Shown: positions 1-11,318, counted from the stretch's first letter. The stretch: 58,970 bases of DNA from an uncultured Salinivenus sp. (GCA_964462965.1 CAYXAD010000001.1:1-58970), one strand, 5' to 3'. Program-made: numbers and translations. The notes: generated from the sequence alone by a model not told the origin.

Positions 1-1321
1 CGGGCATCTTGCCCCAGAGCGAGTTCTTGCCGTGGACGACCTCGTCGTGGGAGAGCGGAAGGGTGTAGTTCTCCGAGAAGGCCCAGCTGAGGGTCCAGGT
101 CAGGTCGCCGTGGTGATACTTGCGGTGGACGGGCTCCTTGGTGACGTAATCGAGCGTGTCGTGCATCCAGCCCATGTTCCACTTGTAGAGGAAGCCGAGG
201 CCGCCGTGCTCGGTGGGCGTGGTGACCCCGGGCCAGGCCGTCGATTCCTCGGCCAGCATGAGGGCTTCGGGAAAGGCCTCGTAGACCTGCTCGTTGGTGT
301 CCTGGAGCAGGCGAATGGCCTCTAAGTTTTCGCGTCCGCCGTGAACGTTCGGCGACCACTCGCCTTCGCGCGAGTAGTCGCGATAGAGCATCGACGCGAC
401 GGCGTCCACGCGCAGGCCGTCCACGTGGTACTTGTCGAGCCAGAAGAGGGCGTTGGAAATCAGAAAGTTGCGCACCCCGGGCTTGCCGAAGTCGAAGACA
501 CGGGTGCCCCAGTCGGGGTGGTGGCGCATGCGCGGATCCTCGTACTCGAAGAGGTGGGAGCCGTCGAAGTAGGTAAGTCCCTGGGGATCGGTCGCAAAGT
601 GGCCGGGCACCCAGTCCATGATGACGCCGATGCCCCGCTGGTGGAGGGTGTCGATGAGATACATGAGGTCCTGGGGCGAGCCGTAGCGAAAGGTCGGGGC
701 GTAATAGCCCAGGATTTGGTAGCCCCAGGAGCCGTAGTAGGGATGTTCGGCCAGAGGGAGAAACTCGACGTGGGTGAATCCGAGCTCTTCGACGTGATCG
801 GCCAGGGGGGCGGCCACCTCGCGGTAGCTGAGAGACTCGCCGTGCTGCTTGTGTCGCCAGGAGCCGAGGTGAACCTCGTAGATGGACAGCGGCTCGTCGA
901 GGCCACTCGGGCCTCGTCGCTCGTCCATCCAGTCGTCGTCCTCCCAGGTGTAGTCGTCCAGGTCGGTGATGATGGAGGAGAGCCCTTCGTACGTGTTCTG
1001 TGCGGGCGCTTCCATCTGAAACGCGTACGGATCGGTGCGGTCCAGCTGTTCGCCGTTGGCCCGGAGTCGATATTTGTACTTGTCTCCGGGAGAGGCGCCG
1101 CGGACGTATCCTTCCCAGAGGCCGCTCTCACGGCGGTCCAGGACGTGTGCGTCAGGGGCCCAGTCGTTAAAGTCGCCCATGACCGACACGCGATCGGCGT
1201 TGGGAGCCCACACCGTGAACCAGGTGCCACGTTGATTCAGATGGGCCCCCAGCTGTTCGTAGCTGCGGGCGTGGGTGCCTTCGTTCCAGTAGTAGATGTC
1301 TTCGTCCGTGAGGCGGGGCAT
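1..1321 (-). CDS. glgB: 1,4-alpha-glucan branching enzyme GlgB (3' end runs off the window)
   Basis: Not in the ORF track. Manual minus-strand translation from ATG 1321 gives [17 protein letters not shown]...FTVWAPNA..., [19 protein letters not shown] (nucleophile) and MLAEEST (acid/base). Lies downstream of treS. Confidence 0.95.
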   Translation of the reverse strand, partial: MPRLTDEDIYYWNEGTHARSYEQLGAHLNQRGTWFTVWAPNADRVSVMGDFNDWAPDAHVLDRRESGLWEGYVRGASPGDKYKYRLRANGEQLDRTDPYAFQMEAPAQNTYEGLSSIITDLDDYTWEDDDWMDERRGPSGLDEPLSIYEVHLGSWRHKQHGESLSYREVAAPLADHVEELGFTHVEFLPLAEHPYYGSWGYQILGYYAPTFRYGSPQDLMYLIDTLHQRGIGVIMDWVPGHFATDPQGLTYFDGSHLFEYEDPRMRHHPDWGTRVFDFGKPGVRNFLISNALFWLDKYHVDGLRVDAVASMLYRDYSREGEWSPNVHGGRENLEAIRLLQDTNEQVYEAFPEALMLAEESTAWPGVTTPTEHGGLGFLYKWNMGWMHDTLDYVTKEPVHRKYHHGDLTWTLSWAFSENYTLPLSHDEVVHGKNSLWGKMP

Positions 1322-1399
1322 AGACGGGAGAGGCGTCGACCAGAGAACAGAACAGGGCGAATCAAGCCGATGCAGGAGGGAAAGACCGGCCGAAGGAGG

Positions 1400-4300
1400 C
1401 TAGAAAGCGGCCGGTTTAGATTGTGGGTGCTGCAGGAGTCGGTGGAGCCCGCGGAGGGGAAGCCAGACCCAGTCGGGACGGTGATTGAGCTCGTAGCGAA
1501 CCTCGTAGAGGGCCTTGTGGAAGAGGTAGGCCCAGAGGAACGAGTAGCGGGCCGGAGCCGGGGGAAGAAAGGGAGCATCCTCCGCCGTGTCGGCATAGGC
1601 ATCGAGGAAGGTGCGTTCGGACCAGCGGAGGAGAGCGTCGATCCAGGGGGTGTAGTCGGGATCCAGCTCTGCGTGGGTTTGCCACGCAGACAGGATGGCG
1701 TATTCGAGCGAGCGCACCATGCCTGCCACGTCACGAAGGGCGTTCTCCCGACGACGGCGTTCTTGGAGAGGGCGGGCCGGTTCGCCTTCGAAGTCGAGAA
1801 TGTAGATGTCTCCTTCGGCACGGAGAAGCTGGCCGAGGTGGTAGTCGCCGTGCATGCGGATTCGCTGGTGGGGCGCCTCGACCTGCCGGAGCGTTTCGAT
1901 CTGCTCGTGGGCTTCCTCCCAGGCGGAGTCCGAGGGGAGGTCGTCGGACTCCACCTGATCTTGGCGGGCGAGGAGGGCGCGCGTGGTCTCGAGTTCGGAC
2001 TCGATCCGATCGGCCAACTCGGTGCTGGCGTCGGACGGGGCGTCGATCGGGTGCAGGTCCTCGTCCTCAGCCCGGGCCAGGGCCAGGTGCATCTCTGCCG
2101 TGCGCACCCCGAGCACGCGGGACAGCGACAGCATTTCTGGTGCCACGTCTTCGAGCCACACCGGAACGGACGCTTCCGACGACGATCCCGCGGGTCCTTC
2201 TTCGGGTCCTCCTTCTTTGGGGTCGTTGGACAGCGCCTGCTCGCGGGGAAACGTCGTATTTTCGATCCGATTGAGAAATCGGTTTGTACAGGTCAGCGCA
2301 TAATCCCATCCGTCGGTTTCTACCGGAAGCGCCTCCTGCATAATTCCCAGTGTATAGCGACGATTGCGACGGCGGAAGCTAATGGTTCCGTGAAGCTGGG
2401 GGGTAAACTTGAAGCCGACGTTGGTCAGGTGTTCGAGCAATTCCGTTTCGGGGTTGGTTCCTTGCTCGAGGCGACGGTAGAGTTTGATGAAGTAGTCGTC
2501 GTTGATGATGGCGGCCGTGTTGCTCTGCTCTCCCCGGAGGAGGTGAACCTCGTTCGGTACGACCCCCTTCGCGGCCCGAGAGGGATCGGCCTCGTAAACG
2601 CCCTTGAGCGACCGTCCTTTGCTGCCCCCCTGCCACCACCGAAAGAGGGTGGACCAGAAGTCGGGATTGACCGTCGCGTCGTAGACGAGCTGACGACTTC
2701 CGGTGCCATTAATCTCCAACCATCCCAGGGCCGCCGACGGATGTTCGCTCAGGATGGAAGAGGACTCCTCTTCCGACGCTGCCATCAGCGGAAGCGTGTA
2801 GAATGTAGAGTCGTTTTCGAGGGTAACCTCAATGATTGAAAGGTAGACCACCGGATTGGTCTGTAGCCGCACGGCATCCTCTACACATGCGGACTCGAGT
2901 ACCTCTGCTTTCCCCCCAAACCATCGCTGATCGCGGATGAAATCGGGGAGCACAGACTCAAGCTGCTCCGGGCCCCGGCCGCGGGCCATGGTGGGGACGA
3001 GCACATTCTGCAGCCCTTCGGCCACGGGAAGCACCGGAAGCTTTTGACCGTCCGGCCCGACCTCGGCAATCCGAAGGCCGCTCGGTCGCTCGGGTTCGCG
3101 ATCCACTTTTTCTTCAGGGATAAGCTTGAACCAGTAAAAGCTGTGAGGGCCAATGACGACATGATAGTCGTCCTCGTCAATGGGAGGAAAGGCCGATTGG
3201 CCGAAGAGTTCGACCGGGGCCATGTCCTGCAAGTCCTCCCGGGCCGGCACGTGGACGGACTGGGCGAAGCGAGAGAGGTTGGCCAGCACGAGGATGCGCT
3301 CCCCTTCGTATTCACGGATGAAGGCCAGGATGGCCTGGTTGTCGAGAGGAAGGAGCTCGAAGGAGCCGCGCCCAAAGATCTTTTTGTGCTGCTGGCGCAG
3401 GCCAATGAGCCGACGCATGACGTGGAGGAGGGAGTTCGGGTCGGCCTCTGCATTCTCGACGTTTACGAACTCGTAGCTGTACGGGCCTCGATTGATGGGC
3501 GGCATGACCAGCTTGTGGTAGGGCGCCCGGGAAAAGCCTCCGTTCTTGTCGGGGCTCCACTGCATGGGGGTGCGGACTCCATTCCGATCTCCGAGGAACG
3601 GATCGTCGCCCATGCCAATCTCGTCTCCGTAGTAGATGATGGGGCTGCCCTTGAGGCTCATCAGCAGGGCGTTCATCAGCTCGATGCGACGACGGTCGCC
3701 ATCCAGGAGGGGGGCCAGGCGGCGGCGAATGCCTACGTTGATGCGGAAACGGTCGTCCGCGGCATACTCGTGATACATGTAGTCTCGCTCCTCGTCCGTC
3801 ACCATTTCGAGCGTGAGCTCGTCGTGGTTGCGGAGGAAGAGGGCCCACTGGGCGTCGTCCGGAATGCCGGCGGTAAGGTCGAGGACCTCCACGAGCGGTC
3901 GACGATTTTCACGGCGGAGGGCCATGTACATGCGGGGCATGATGGGGAAATTGAACGCCATCTGCACCCCCGTACTCTTGCCTTCTGCGTCCTCACCGAA
4001 GTAGGGAAGGGTGTCTTCGGGCCACTGGTTGGCCTCGGCGAGCAGGACCTTGCCGGGCCCGTAGCGCTCCTCGACGGCCGCACGCAGCTCCTTTACGTAA
4101 GCAATGGTCTCGGGCAGGTTTTCGCTGCTGGTTCCCTCTCGTTGATACAGATACGGCACCGCATCGAGGCGAAGCCCGTCCACACCCATGTCGAGCCAGA
4201 AAAACATGACCTCCTTCATTTTCTCCCGCACCTCGGGGTTGTCGTAGTTGAGGTCGGGCTGGTGGGAGAAGAAACGGTGCCAGTAGTATTTCTGCGCCTT

Positions 4301-4777
4301 GGCGTCCCAGCTCCAGTTCGAATCCTCCGTGTCGGTGAAGATAACGCGGACGTTCTCGTACTTGTCGTCCGTTTCGTTCCACACGTACCAGTCGTGCTTG
4401 TCGGACTCCGGATCGCGGGCCTCCTGAAACCAGGGGTGCTGATCGGAGGTGTGGTTGAGGACGAGCTCGGTGATGACTCGCATGCCCCGGGCGTGGGCCT
4501 CGTCGAGGAAGGCTTTGAAGTCGTCCAGGTCGCCGTGGACGGGCAGGACCTTGAAGTAGTCGGCTGTATCGTAACCGTCGTCTCGCAGGGGGCTTTCCAG
4601 GAAGGGGAGGAGCCAGAGGGTGTTTACCCCCAGCGACTCGAGGTAGGAAAGCTTGTCCCGCAGGCCCTGAAAATCCCCAAAGCCGTCATCGTTGGAATCA
4701 AAAAAGGAACGGACGTGCAGCTCGTAGATGACGGCGTCCTTGTACCAGCGAGGATCGGTGAGGAAATCGTCGGCCAT
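1400..4777 (-). CDS. treS: Trehalose synthase TreS fused to maltokinase (Mak/Pep2)
   Basis: N-terminal GH13 motifs WYKDAVIYELHV, GLRLDAV, LAEANQW, RNHDELTLE. C-terminal kinase motifs GEQSNT, RMHGDYHLGQLL, DFEGEP. Confidence 0.96.
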   Translation of the reverse strand: MADDFLTDPRWYKDAVIYELHVRSFFDSNDDGFGDFQGLRDKLSYLESLGVNTLWLLPFLESPLRDDGYDTADYFKVLPVHGDLDDFKAFLDEAHARGMRVITELVLNHTSDQHPWFQEARDPESDKHDWYVWNETDDKYENVRVIFTDTEDSNWSWDAKAQKYYWHRFFSHQPDLNYDNPEVREKMKEVMFFWLDMGVDGLRLDAVPYLYQREGTSSENLPETIAYVKELRAAVEERYGPGKVLLAEANQWPEDTLPYFGEDAEGKSTGVQMAFNFPIMPRMYMALRRENRRPLVEVLDLTAGIPDDAQWALFLRNHDELTLEMVTDEERDYMYHEYAADDRFRINVGIRRRLAPLLDGDRRRIELMNALLMSLKGSPIIYYGDEIGMGDDPFLGDRNGVRTPMQWSPDKNGGFSRAPYHKLVMPPINRGPYSYEFVNVENAEADPNSLLHVMRRLIGLRQQHKKIFGRGSFELLPLDNQAILAFIREYEGERILVLANLSRFAQSVHVPAREDLQDMAPVELFGQSAFPPIDEDDYHVVIGPHSFYWFKLIPEEKVDREPERPSGLRIAEVGPDGQKLPVLPVAEGLQNVLVPTMARGRGPEQLESVLPDFIRDQRWFGGKAEVLESACVEDAVRLQTNPVVYLSIIEVTLENDSTFYTLPLMAASEEESSSILSEHPSAALGWLEINGTGSRQLVYDATVNPDFWSTLFRWWQGGSKGRSLKGVYEADPSRAAKGVVPNEVHLLRGEQSNTAAIINDDYFIKLYRRLEQGTNPETELLEHLTNVGFKFTPQLHGTISFRRRNRRYTLGIMQEALPVETDGWDYALTCTNRFLNRIENTTFPREQALSNDPKEGGPEEGPAGSSSEASVPVWLEDVAPEMLSLSRVLGVRTAEMHLALARAEDEDLHPIDAPSDASTELADRIESELETTRALLARQDQVESDDLPSDSAWEEAHEQIETLRQVEAPHQRIRMHGDYHLGQLLRAEGDIYILDFEGEPARPLQERRRRENALRDVAGMVRSLEYAILSAWQTHAELDPDYTPWIDALLRWSERTFLDAYADTAEDAPFLPPAPARYSFLWAYLFHKALYEVRYELNHRPDWVWLPLRGLHRLLQHPQSKPAAF

Positions 4778-4792
4778 GCAGCGTTGCTAGTG

Positions 4793-4896
4793 TGGAAGTT
4801 TGGAAGTCTGGAGGTTTGGAAGCGGAAGGTTAGAGGGAGAAGCTTTCGGAGTCAAGACCAAAAGCGTCCACACGTCCACCCCTCCACCCTTCCCCC
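4793..4896. repeat. Inverted pair of degenerate octamer tandem arrays
   Basis: tggaagtt-tggaagtc-tggaggtt-tggaagcg (4793-4824) faces cgtccaca-cgtccacc-cctccacc-cttccccc (4865-4896). Confidence 0.7.
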
Positions 4897-4903
4897 CTAA
4901 CAA

Positions 4904-6943
4904 TCAGGCGTGGACGGGACGCTCGTAAACGGGATGGGTCGTTTCGGAGGAAATCTCTCGAGTCAGGTGAAATATGTGTGCGGGTGCGCTCGGAGTTAAG
5001 TGGAGGTATTGATGCGTGCCGCGCCAGGTGTAGTGGGCGTCGTTGAGCACGTCGTGCACGGGAAAGGACTCGTCCATGGGAAGTCCAAAGTCGTCGTTGG
5101 GCAGAACGAGCTGGCCTTCCTGGGGGTGGTGCGGATTCAGCGTGACGACAACGACGATCAGGTCGTCCCGGCTTTCCTTACTGTAAGCAATCAACTCAGG
5201 ATTCTTCGTATCGAGAAACCGAACGTTTCGCATCTGCTGGAGAGCCGGATGCTCCGCCCGGATGCGATTGATGCGGCGCATGAACGGTTGGAGGGAGCTC
5301 GGGTCGTTCCAGTTCCAGCTCCGAATCTCGTATTTCTCATTGCGAGCGTACTCCTCCCGATCGGGATGTTGCTCGTTAAAGACGTGCTCGAAGGGAGGGC
5401 CGTACACCCCATATGCACTGGAGAGGGTGGCGGCGAGGGTAAACCGGATCTTGTGGGCGGATCGGCCGCCGTGCACCAGCTCCTCGTGGAGAATGTCCGG
5501 CGTATTGGGCCAGAAATTGGGGCGGAAGTACTCGGCCAGGTCGGTGTGGAACAGCTCCTCGCCGTAGTCGACGAGCTCGTCCTTCGTGTTTCGCCAGGTG
5601 AAGTAGGTATACGAGTTGTTGAAGCCGATCTTGGCGAGATTGTACATCGTCTTGGGCCGTGTGAAGGCCTCCGACAGGACGATCAGTTCGGGCGTGTCCT
5701 TTCGGAGTTCGCGGAGGCACCACTGCCAGAAGGCAAAGGGCTTCGTATGGGGATTGTCGACCCGGAAGATGGTGACTCCGTGGTCGATCCAGAACTCGAA
5801 CACGCTCTTGAGCTCTGTCCAGAGAGCCGGCCAGTCCTCCGTCTCGAAGTTAATGGGATGGACGTCCTGGTACTTCTTGGGGGGATTTTCTGCGTAGCGG
5901 ATGGTTCCGTCGGGCCGATGGTAGAACCACTCCGGGTGCTCTTCGATGTAGGGATGGTCCGGGGAGGTCTGAAAGGCAATATCGAGAGCCACTTTGAGAT
6001 CCAGCTCTTCGGCCCGTGCTACGAACCGATCGAAGGCCTTGATGCCACCCAGTTTGGGGTGGACGCTCTTGTGACCGCCCTTCGACCCGTCTTCTAGAAA
6101 GCCCCCGATGGCCCACGGACTGCCCGGGTCGCCCTCTTCGGCGACTGGGGCGTTGTCTTTGCCTTTGCGATTGGTTTCCCCAATCGGATGAATGGGGGGA
6201 AGGTAGACGATGTCGAAGCCCATCTCTTTGATGCGCGGCAGGCGTTCGGCCGCCTCGTCGAGGGTGGCGTGCTCTCCAGGAGTTTCACCAGTAGATCGAG
6301 GAAAAAACTCGTACCAGGCCGCTGACTGGGCCAGCGGTGGGTCCACCAGCACTTCATAAGACTCACTGGTGGTCTGTTGTTCGTGGGGAGCATGGCGCCG
6401 GACCAGTTGAGCGATCTCGTCACCGAGGGCCGCCTCCTCGTTTCCGTTTTCGAAGGCATCAATGTGTGCGGCAAGCAGCTCGCGGTCCTCAGCGGGGGCA
6501 TTTTCTGCGGCATCTCGGAGCAAAGAGGCGCCGACCTTCAGTTCACTCTCCAGTTCAGCCTGAGACTCATTTCCGGAGACGCGCCGCCGGAACTGGTCCT
6601 GCCACGTGGCAAAGCGATTGATCCACGCGCGGACGCGATACTGGTAGCGGCCGAGCTCGGACACCGGGAAGGCCCCCACGTATTCGTCGTTTGCCCGGGG
6701 CGCCATGCGCTCTACGTGCTGAGTGTCCTCCTCTCTGTGATAGTAGACCAGCTCGACCGCCAGCTCTTCGTGGCTGTCCACGATGACCCCGGCCGTCACT
6801 TCGACCGTTTCGCCTTTGGCGCGCTTGATCGGCCACCGTCCGTCGTCGACCGAAGGGGCCACAGACGTGATGACGACGCGGGACCAGGACTTTGGCAAGG
6901 TCTGTCGATCCGTCGAAGCAGAGGCGTCAGAGGAGGGAGCCAT
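4904..6943 (-). CDS. glgE: Alpha-1,4-glucan:maltose-1-phosphate maltosyltransferase GlgE
   Basis: WYEFFPRS, YLPPIHPIG, AENPPKKYQD, FRVDNPHTKP, LSEAFTRP, NTPDIL; glgB-treS context. Confidence 0.96.
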   Translation of the reverse strand: MAPSSDASASTDRQTLPKSWSRVVITSVAPSVDDGRWPIKRAKGETVEVTAGVIVDSHEELAVELVYYHREEDTQHVERMAPRANDEYVGAFPVSELGRYQYRVRAWINRFATWQDQFRRRVSGNESQAELESELKVGASLLRDAAENAPAEDRELLAAHIDAFENGNEEAALGDEIAQLVRRHAPHEQQTTSESYEVLVDPPLAQSAAWYEFFPRSTGETPGEHATLDEAAERLPRIKEMGFDIVYLPPIHPIGETNRKGKDNAPVAEEGDPGSPWAIGGFLEDGSKGGHKSVHPKLGGIKAFDRFVARAEELDLKVALDIAFQTSPDHPYIEEHPEWFYHRPDGTIRYAENPPKKYQDVHPINFETEDWPALWTELKSVFEFWIDHGVTIFRVDNPHTKPFAFWQWCLRELRKDTPELIVLSEAFTRPKTMYNLAKIGFNNSYTYFTWRNTKDELVDYGEELFHTDLAEYFRPNFWPNTPDILHEELVHGGRSAHKIRFTLAATLSSAYGVYGPPFEHVFNEQHPDREEYARNEKYEIRSWNWNDPSSLQPFMRRINRIRAEHPALQQMRNVRFLDTKNPELIAYSKESRDDLIVVVVTLNPHHPQEGQLVLPNDDFGLPMDESFPVHDVLNDAHYTWRGTHQYLHLTPSAPAHIFHLTREISSETTHPVYERPVHA

Positions 6944-7269
6944 ATAGCGAGGGGATGAACCGTCGAAACAGAAAAGGGGCCCGAGGCGCCCCTAGCCATT
7001 CGAAAATAAAGCTGGAGGGTGTCGCTACAGCCTACGTACCAATGCACAAAAATCCCAACGCACGAGCCCGTAGATTGTAGCTGTCGGAGCGGATTGTTCT
7101 AGGAGTTTGATGGCCCCTCCGGCCATCCTGAGGAGTGAGGTCAGCGTGAGACCTGGAGAGATCGAACCCGTATCCCTGTTTTCAATTCAATGTGGGAGTG
7201 TGACGAATCCGGCCAATGGCAGCGTTTTCGTCACGACCCCATGATTGTTGCATAACGTTCGCTCTCTGT

Positions 7270-9459
7270 ATGGAGGAAGCATCTACGACGACTCTGACTC
7301 CCGCCGAAAAGCAGCCGCACCGGGGGCTCCACATCCGGCCCGGCAAGCCCTATCCCCGCGGCGCCCGGTGGGACGGGATCGGGGTCAATTTCGCTCTTCA
7401 CAGTGCGCACGCGGAAAAGGTGGAGTTGCTCCTCTTTAACGATCCCGCCGACACCGAACCCGCCGTCACTTTCGAAATGCCCGAACGAACGGGTCCAATC
7501 TGGCACGGCTACATCGTGAACCTGCGCCCCGGCCAGCTTTATGGCTACCGGGTGTATGGGCCGTACGATCCTGCCAATGGTCATCGTTTCAATCCGAACA
7601 AGGTCCTCCTGGACCCCTACGCCAAGGCCATAGGGCGACCGCTGCGGTGGGACGATAGCCTGTTTGGCTACGACGTCGAGGACGAGGAAGACGCTGACCT
7701 TTCGTTTAGCACTGCCGACAGCGCTCCCTACGCACCGCTCGGGGCGGTGGTCGAGGAAAGTTTTGCCTGGGAGGACGATCACCGGCCCGAGATTCCGTGG
7801 GAGGACACCATCATCTACGAGACCCACGTCAAAGGGCTCACCAAGCAACATCCCGAGGTGCCGGAGGCCTACCGGGGGACGTATCTGGGGCTGGCCTCGG
7901 AACCGGTCATCGATCACCTCAAGGACCTCGGCGTCACGACCGTATCCCTTCTCCCGGTCCACGCGAAGCTCCAGGACCGTCACCTCCTAGAGAAGGGGCT
8001 CCGCAACTATTGGGGCTACAACACCCTCGCGTACTTTGCGCCGGAACCGGAATACGCCTCCGGGGACTCGGTGAGCGCGGTGCGCGACTTCAAGATGATG
8101 GTTCGGGCGCTCCACGACGCGGGCCTCGAAGTCATTATCGACGTGGTCTACAACCACACCTGTGAGGGCAATCACCTCGGGCCGACGCTCTCCCTACGGG
8201 GCATTGACAACCGCACCTACTACAAGCTCAACCCCGACGACGAGCGGTACTACATGGACTACACCGGGACGGGCAACACGCTCGATCCCGGCGACGCCTA
8301 CGTCCTACAGCTCATCATGGACAGCCTGCGCTACTGGGTGACCGAGATGCACGTCGATGGCTTCCGCTTTGATCTTGCCTCAGCCCTGGCCCGCGAGCTC
8401 TACGACATCAACATGCTCGCGCCCTTCTTTAAGATCGTTCAGCAGGACCCGATCCTCAGTCAGGTAAAGCTCATCGCCGAGCCCTGGGACGTAGGCCCCG
8501 GCGGCTACCAAGTCGGCGGGTTTCCCTGGCAGTGGGCCGAGTGGAATGGCCGTTATCGGGATGCCATCCGCCGGTTTTGGCGCGGGGACGAAGGGCTCAC
8601 GGGTGAAGTGGCGACCCGCATTGCCGGCTCGAGCGATCTCTACGAACGCTCCGGACGCCGTCCTTTTGCCTCCGTCAACTTTATCACGGCACACGACGGG
8701 TTTACCCTGCAGGACCTCGTGAGCTACGAACAAAAGCACAACGAGGAGAACAAGGAAGGCAACGAGGATGGGCACGACCAAAACCACTCCACCAACTGTG
8801 GGACCGAAGGTCCGAGTGACGATCCTGAGGTTATTGCGTGCCGGGAGCGCCGCAAGCGCAGCCTCATGGCCACCTTGCTTCTGTCGCAGGGCGTGCCCAT
8901 GCTTCTTGGCGGGGACGAGCTCTCGCATACCCGACGGGGCAACAACAATCCCTACTGTCAGGACAACGAAATTTCGTGGTACGATTGGGATCTCGATGAG
9001 CGCGAGCAAAAATTTCTGGACTTCGTGCGCCGTCTGACTGCCTTCCGAAAGGAGCATCCGAGCTTTCGCCGTCGTCACTTTCTTTCGCCGGCCGATCAGG
9101 AGAACGGAACGGGCGACGTGCTCTGGTGGCACCCGGACGGCCGTGAGATGACCCACGAGGACTGGCACGACGAAGACTTGCGTGCCTTCGGGTATCTCCT
9201 TCGGGGGCTGCAGCTCGAAAGGGATCCCCAGGGAGAGCCCCTGCACGATGATTCCTTTCTCGTGCTCATGAATCAGAGTGGGTCGGACGTGACCTTTACT
9301 CTCCCCACAGAAGCAAATGAGCTGGAGGAGGTCCGCGTCGACCGCTGGGACCTCGTCTCCGAACTGGTCGACGAGTGGGACGGCAACGAATCGATCAACT
9401 CCGGCGAGACGCTCACCGTGGATCCCCATCGCCTCCTCGTGCTGCGGGCGGAGCTGTGA
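7270..9459 (+). CDS. glgX: Glycogen debranching enzyme GlgX (isoamylase)
   Basis: [42 protein letters not shown]. Start taken at ATG 7270 (MEEAS); 7216 is an alternative. Confidence 0.95.
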   Translation: MEEASTTTLTPAEKQPHRGLHIRPGKPYPRGARWDGIGVNFALHSAHAEKVELLLFNDPADTEPAVTFEMPERTGPIWHGYIVNLRPGQLYGYRVYGPYDPANGHRFNPNKVLLDPYAKAIGRPLRWDDSLFGYDVEDEEDADLSFSTADSAPYAPLGAVVEESFAWEDDHRPEIPWEDTIIYETHVKGLTKQHPEVPEAYRGTYLGLASEPVIDHLKDLGVTTVSLLPVHAKLQDRHLLEKGLRNYWGYNTLAYFAPEPEYASGDSVSAVRDFKMMVRALHDAGLEVIIDVVYNHTCEGNHLGPTLSLRGIDNRTYYKLNPDDERYYMDYTGTGNTLDPGDAYVLQLIMDSLRYWVTEMHVDGFRFDLASALARELYDINMLAPFFKIVQQDPILSQVKLIAEPWDVGPGGYQVGGFPWQWAEWNGRYRDAIRRFWRGDEGLTGEVATRIAGSSDLYERSGRRPFASVNFITAHDGFTLQDLVSYEQKHNEENKEGNEDGHDQNHSTNCGTEGPSDDPEVIACRERRKRSLMATLLLSQGVPMLLGGDELSHTRRGNNNPYCQDNEISWYDWDLDEREQKFLDFVRRLTAFRKEHPSFRRRHFLSPADQENGTGDVLWWHPDGREMTHEDWHDEDLRAFGYLLRGLQLERDPQGEPLHDDSFLVLMNQSGSDVTFTLPTEANELEEVRVDRWDLVSELVDEWDGNESINSGETLTVDPHRLLVLRAEL

Positions 9460-9791
9460 CAATTTCAGGAGAGATGCTGACACTCGGTTTTTCGTTTTCC
9501 AACACCGCAGGCGAAGACTTCTTGGACGACCGTCGGTGATTCGCCCCAACGACGGCGTCCTCGAAATCTTGTGGGTCGTACGGTAGCCCCTTCAGCAAAC
9601 CGTTTTCCCGCGATTGTCGTCCTCTCTGGACGAATCAGTCTCCTCCGTTCCCGAACTGTCGATTGCTCTCGATCTCCAGGTTTGGTGAGAGATCCGTCTC
9701 CGATTCTGCGTAGAACCAGACCGCCGGGCGTGGTCCGATGCTGTCTCACGCGGATTCTCCCACTGCCTGTCTGAATGCATTCTAGCTTCGT

Positions 9792-11207
9792 ATGCGCCTC
9801 CTGCAGATCTCCGTTTCTGAAGATCAGCGAGACGCGATTGTCGACATCCTTCGTGACCGGCAGTTCGGCTATACTATTCTTCCGGGGGGCGGGGAGCAGG
9901 AAGGGCAGTACCTCATCCAGTTTGTGGTGCCCGCGGATGCCGTAGAACACATTCTTCAGGAGTTTGAGGAGATCGGCTATAAAAAGCAAACCTACACGGT
10001 CTCGCTAAACGTCGAGTTTGCAAATTTCGAACATGTAGATGAGGTGCAGGACCGGTGGGGGCAAACCCCGAATAGGATTGCCCCCGATGCCCTTCGATCG
10101 AAGGCGAAGGACCTCCGCCTCAACACTCGTTCCTATTTGTGGATGATGGTCTTGAGTGCAATCGTCGCCACGGCGGGCATTCTCTTGGGCTCGCCGGCCG
10201 TCGTGGTGGGGTCGATGGTGATTGCTCCCATCGTAAGTCCGATGCTTACGGCCAGTGTCGGGGCGGTGCGGAATGATCGGGACATGCTGCTCCGGAGCCT
10301 TCACATGCAGGCCATCGGGTTGGGCGTTGCGATCCTGACGGGAGCCCTCTTTGCCTGGCTCATCAAGGAGTTCCAGGCGGTTCCCGTTCGGCTCGCACTC
10401 GAACAGATGGCACTCCTGAGCCTGCGGATCTCCCCCAGCATCCTTTCGATCGTGGTTGGGATTTCTGCCGGGGCAGCCGGGGCCTACGGCCTCGCTACAA
10501 AGGGAAATGTGACCATCGTCGGGGTCATGATTGCCGCGGCTTTGATTCCCACCGCGGCCGCCGTGGGCATAGGCCTTGCCTGGACCAACTTCATCGTTGC
10601 GCTCGGGGCCCTCCTTCTTCTCACGCTCACCATCATCGCGGTGAACGTGGGAGGGATGGCCATGCTGTTTTACCTCGGCTATCGCCCCGACCACGTCAAC
10701 GAGAGTCTCTTTGCGGTCGACACGCCCTGGCAGGTAGTTCGAGTAGGCGGCACGCTGCTCTCTGTCGCCGCGGTCGTCGGCCTCGTTGGGATGGGGTTTT
10801 TGCAACAGAGTTCGTTCGAGCGGACGGTTAATAGTGCCACCACGGATGTTCTCGCCCAGGAGCAATACCAAGGGCTACGGGTCATGGAGGTGACTATCGA
10901 GTACGTTGGGCCGGGACTGTTTTCCAACGACACCGAAATCAGTGTCGTCTTGTCTCGGAGGGCGGACCAGACCGCCCCGGAGTTGCCGAATGTTCTCGAT
11001 CGACAAATAACGGAGCGCACCGGGCAGGAGGTTGTCGTTCAGGTTCAGTATGTCGATTACGAACGTTCTACAGCATCTAAAAGATCTACGCTTCCCTTCG
11101 ACGGAGAGACCAGGCGGGTGGTGCACAGTCGGGCTGTGGGGGGAGTCGACTCAACTGGGCGCACACCTGGAGTCACGAGGTGGGGAGTCACCAGCCACGA
11201 ATCATGA
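9792..11207 (+). CDS. TIGR00341/DUF389 family membrane protein
   Basis: SAIVATAGILLGSPAVVVGSMVIAP and VGVMIAAALIPTAA motifs, multiple TM helices, MRLLQI N-terminal soluble domain. Confidence 0.85.
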   Translation: MRLLQISVSEDQRDAIVDILRDRQFGYTILPGGGEQEGQYLIQFVVPADAVEHILQEFEEIGYKKQTYTVSLNVEFANFEHVDEVQDRWGQTPNRIAPDALRSKAKDLRLNTRSYLWMMVLSAIVATAGILLGSPAVVVGSMVIAPIVSPMLTASVGAVRNDRDMLLRSLHMQAIGLGVAILTGALFAWLIKEFQAVPVRLALEQMALLSLRISPSILSIVVGISAGAAGAYGLATKGNVTIVGVMIAAALIPTAAAVGIGLAWTNFIVALGALLLLTLTIIAVNVGGMAMLFYLGYRPDHVNESLFAVDTPWQVVRVGGTLLSVAAVVGLVGMGFLQQSSFERTVNSATTDVLAQEQYQGLRVMEVTIEYVGPGLFSNDTEISVVLSRRADQTAPELPNVLDRQITERTGQEVVVQVQYVDYERSTASKRSTLPFDGETRRVVHSRAVGGVDSTGRTPGVTRWGVTSHES

Positions 11208-11235
11208 GTGGACGAGTCACCAGTCCCGAGTTGAC
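11170..11235 (+). repeat. Degenerate GAGTCAC heptamer tandem array
   Basis: gagtcac-gaggtggg-gagtcac-cagccac-gaatcat-gagtggac-gagtcac-cagtccc-gagttgac, straddling the stop codon at 11207. Confidence 0.6.
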
Positions 11236-11318
11236 GAGGAACGAGTTTGGAGGCTCCTAAGCGAGCCTTGAAGCATTCTTACCACTTTGGAAATGGGCTA
11301 CTTATAGAGGGTTTGGTT

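Noticed and set aside
341-6097. Long plus-strand ORFs (832, 618 and 365 aa) opposite glgB/treS/glgE
   Set aside because: Antisense shadows of GC-biased codon usage; V/G/L/R-rich with no motifs, while the opposite strand has clear enzymes.
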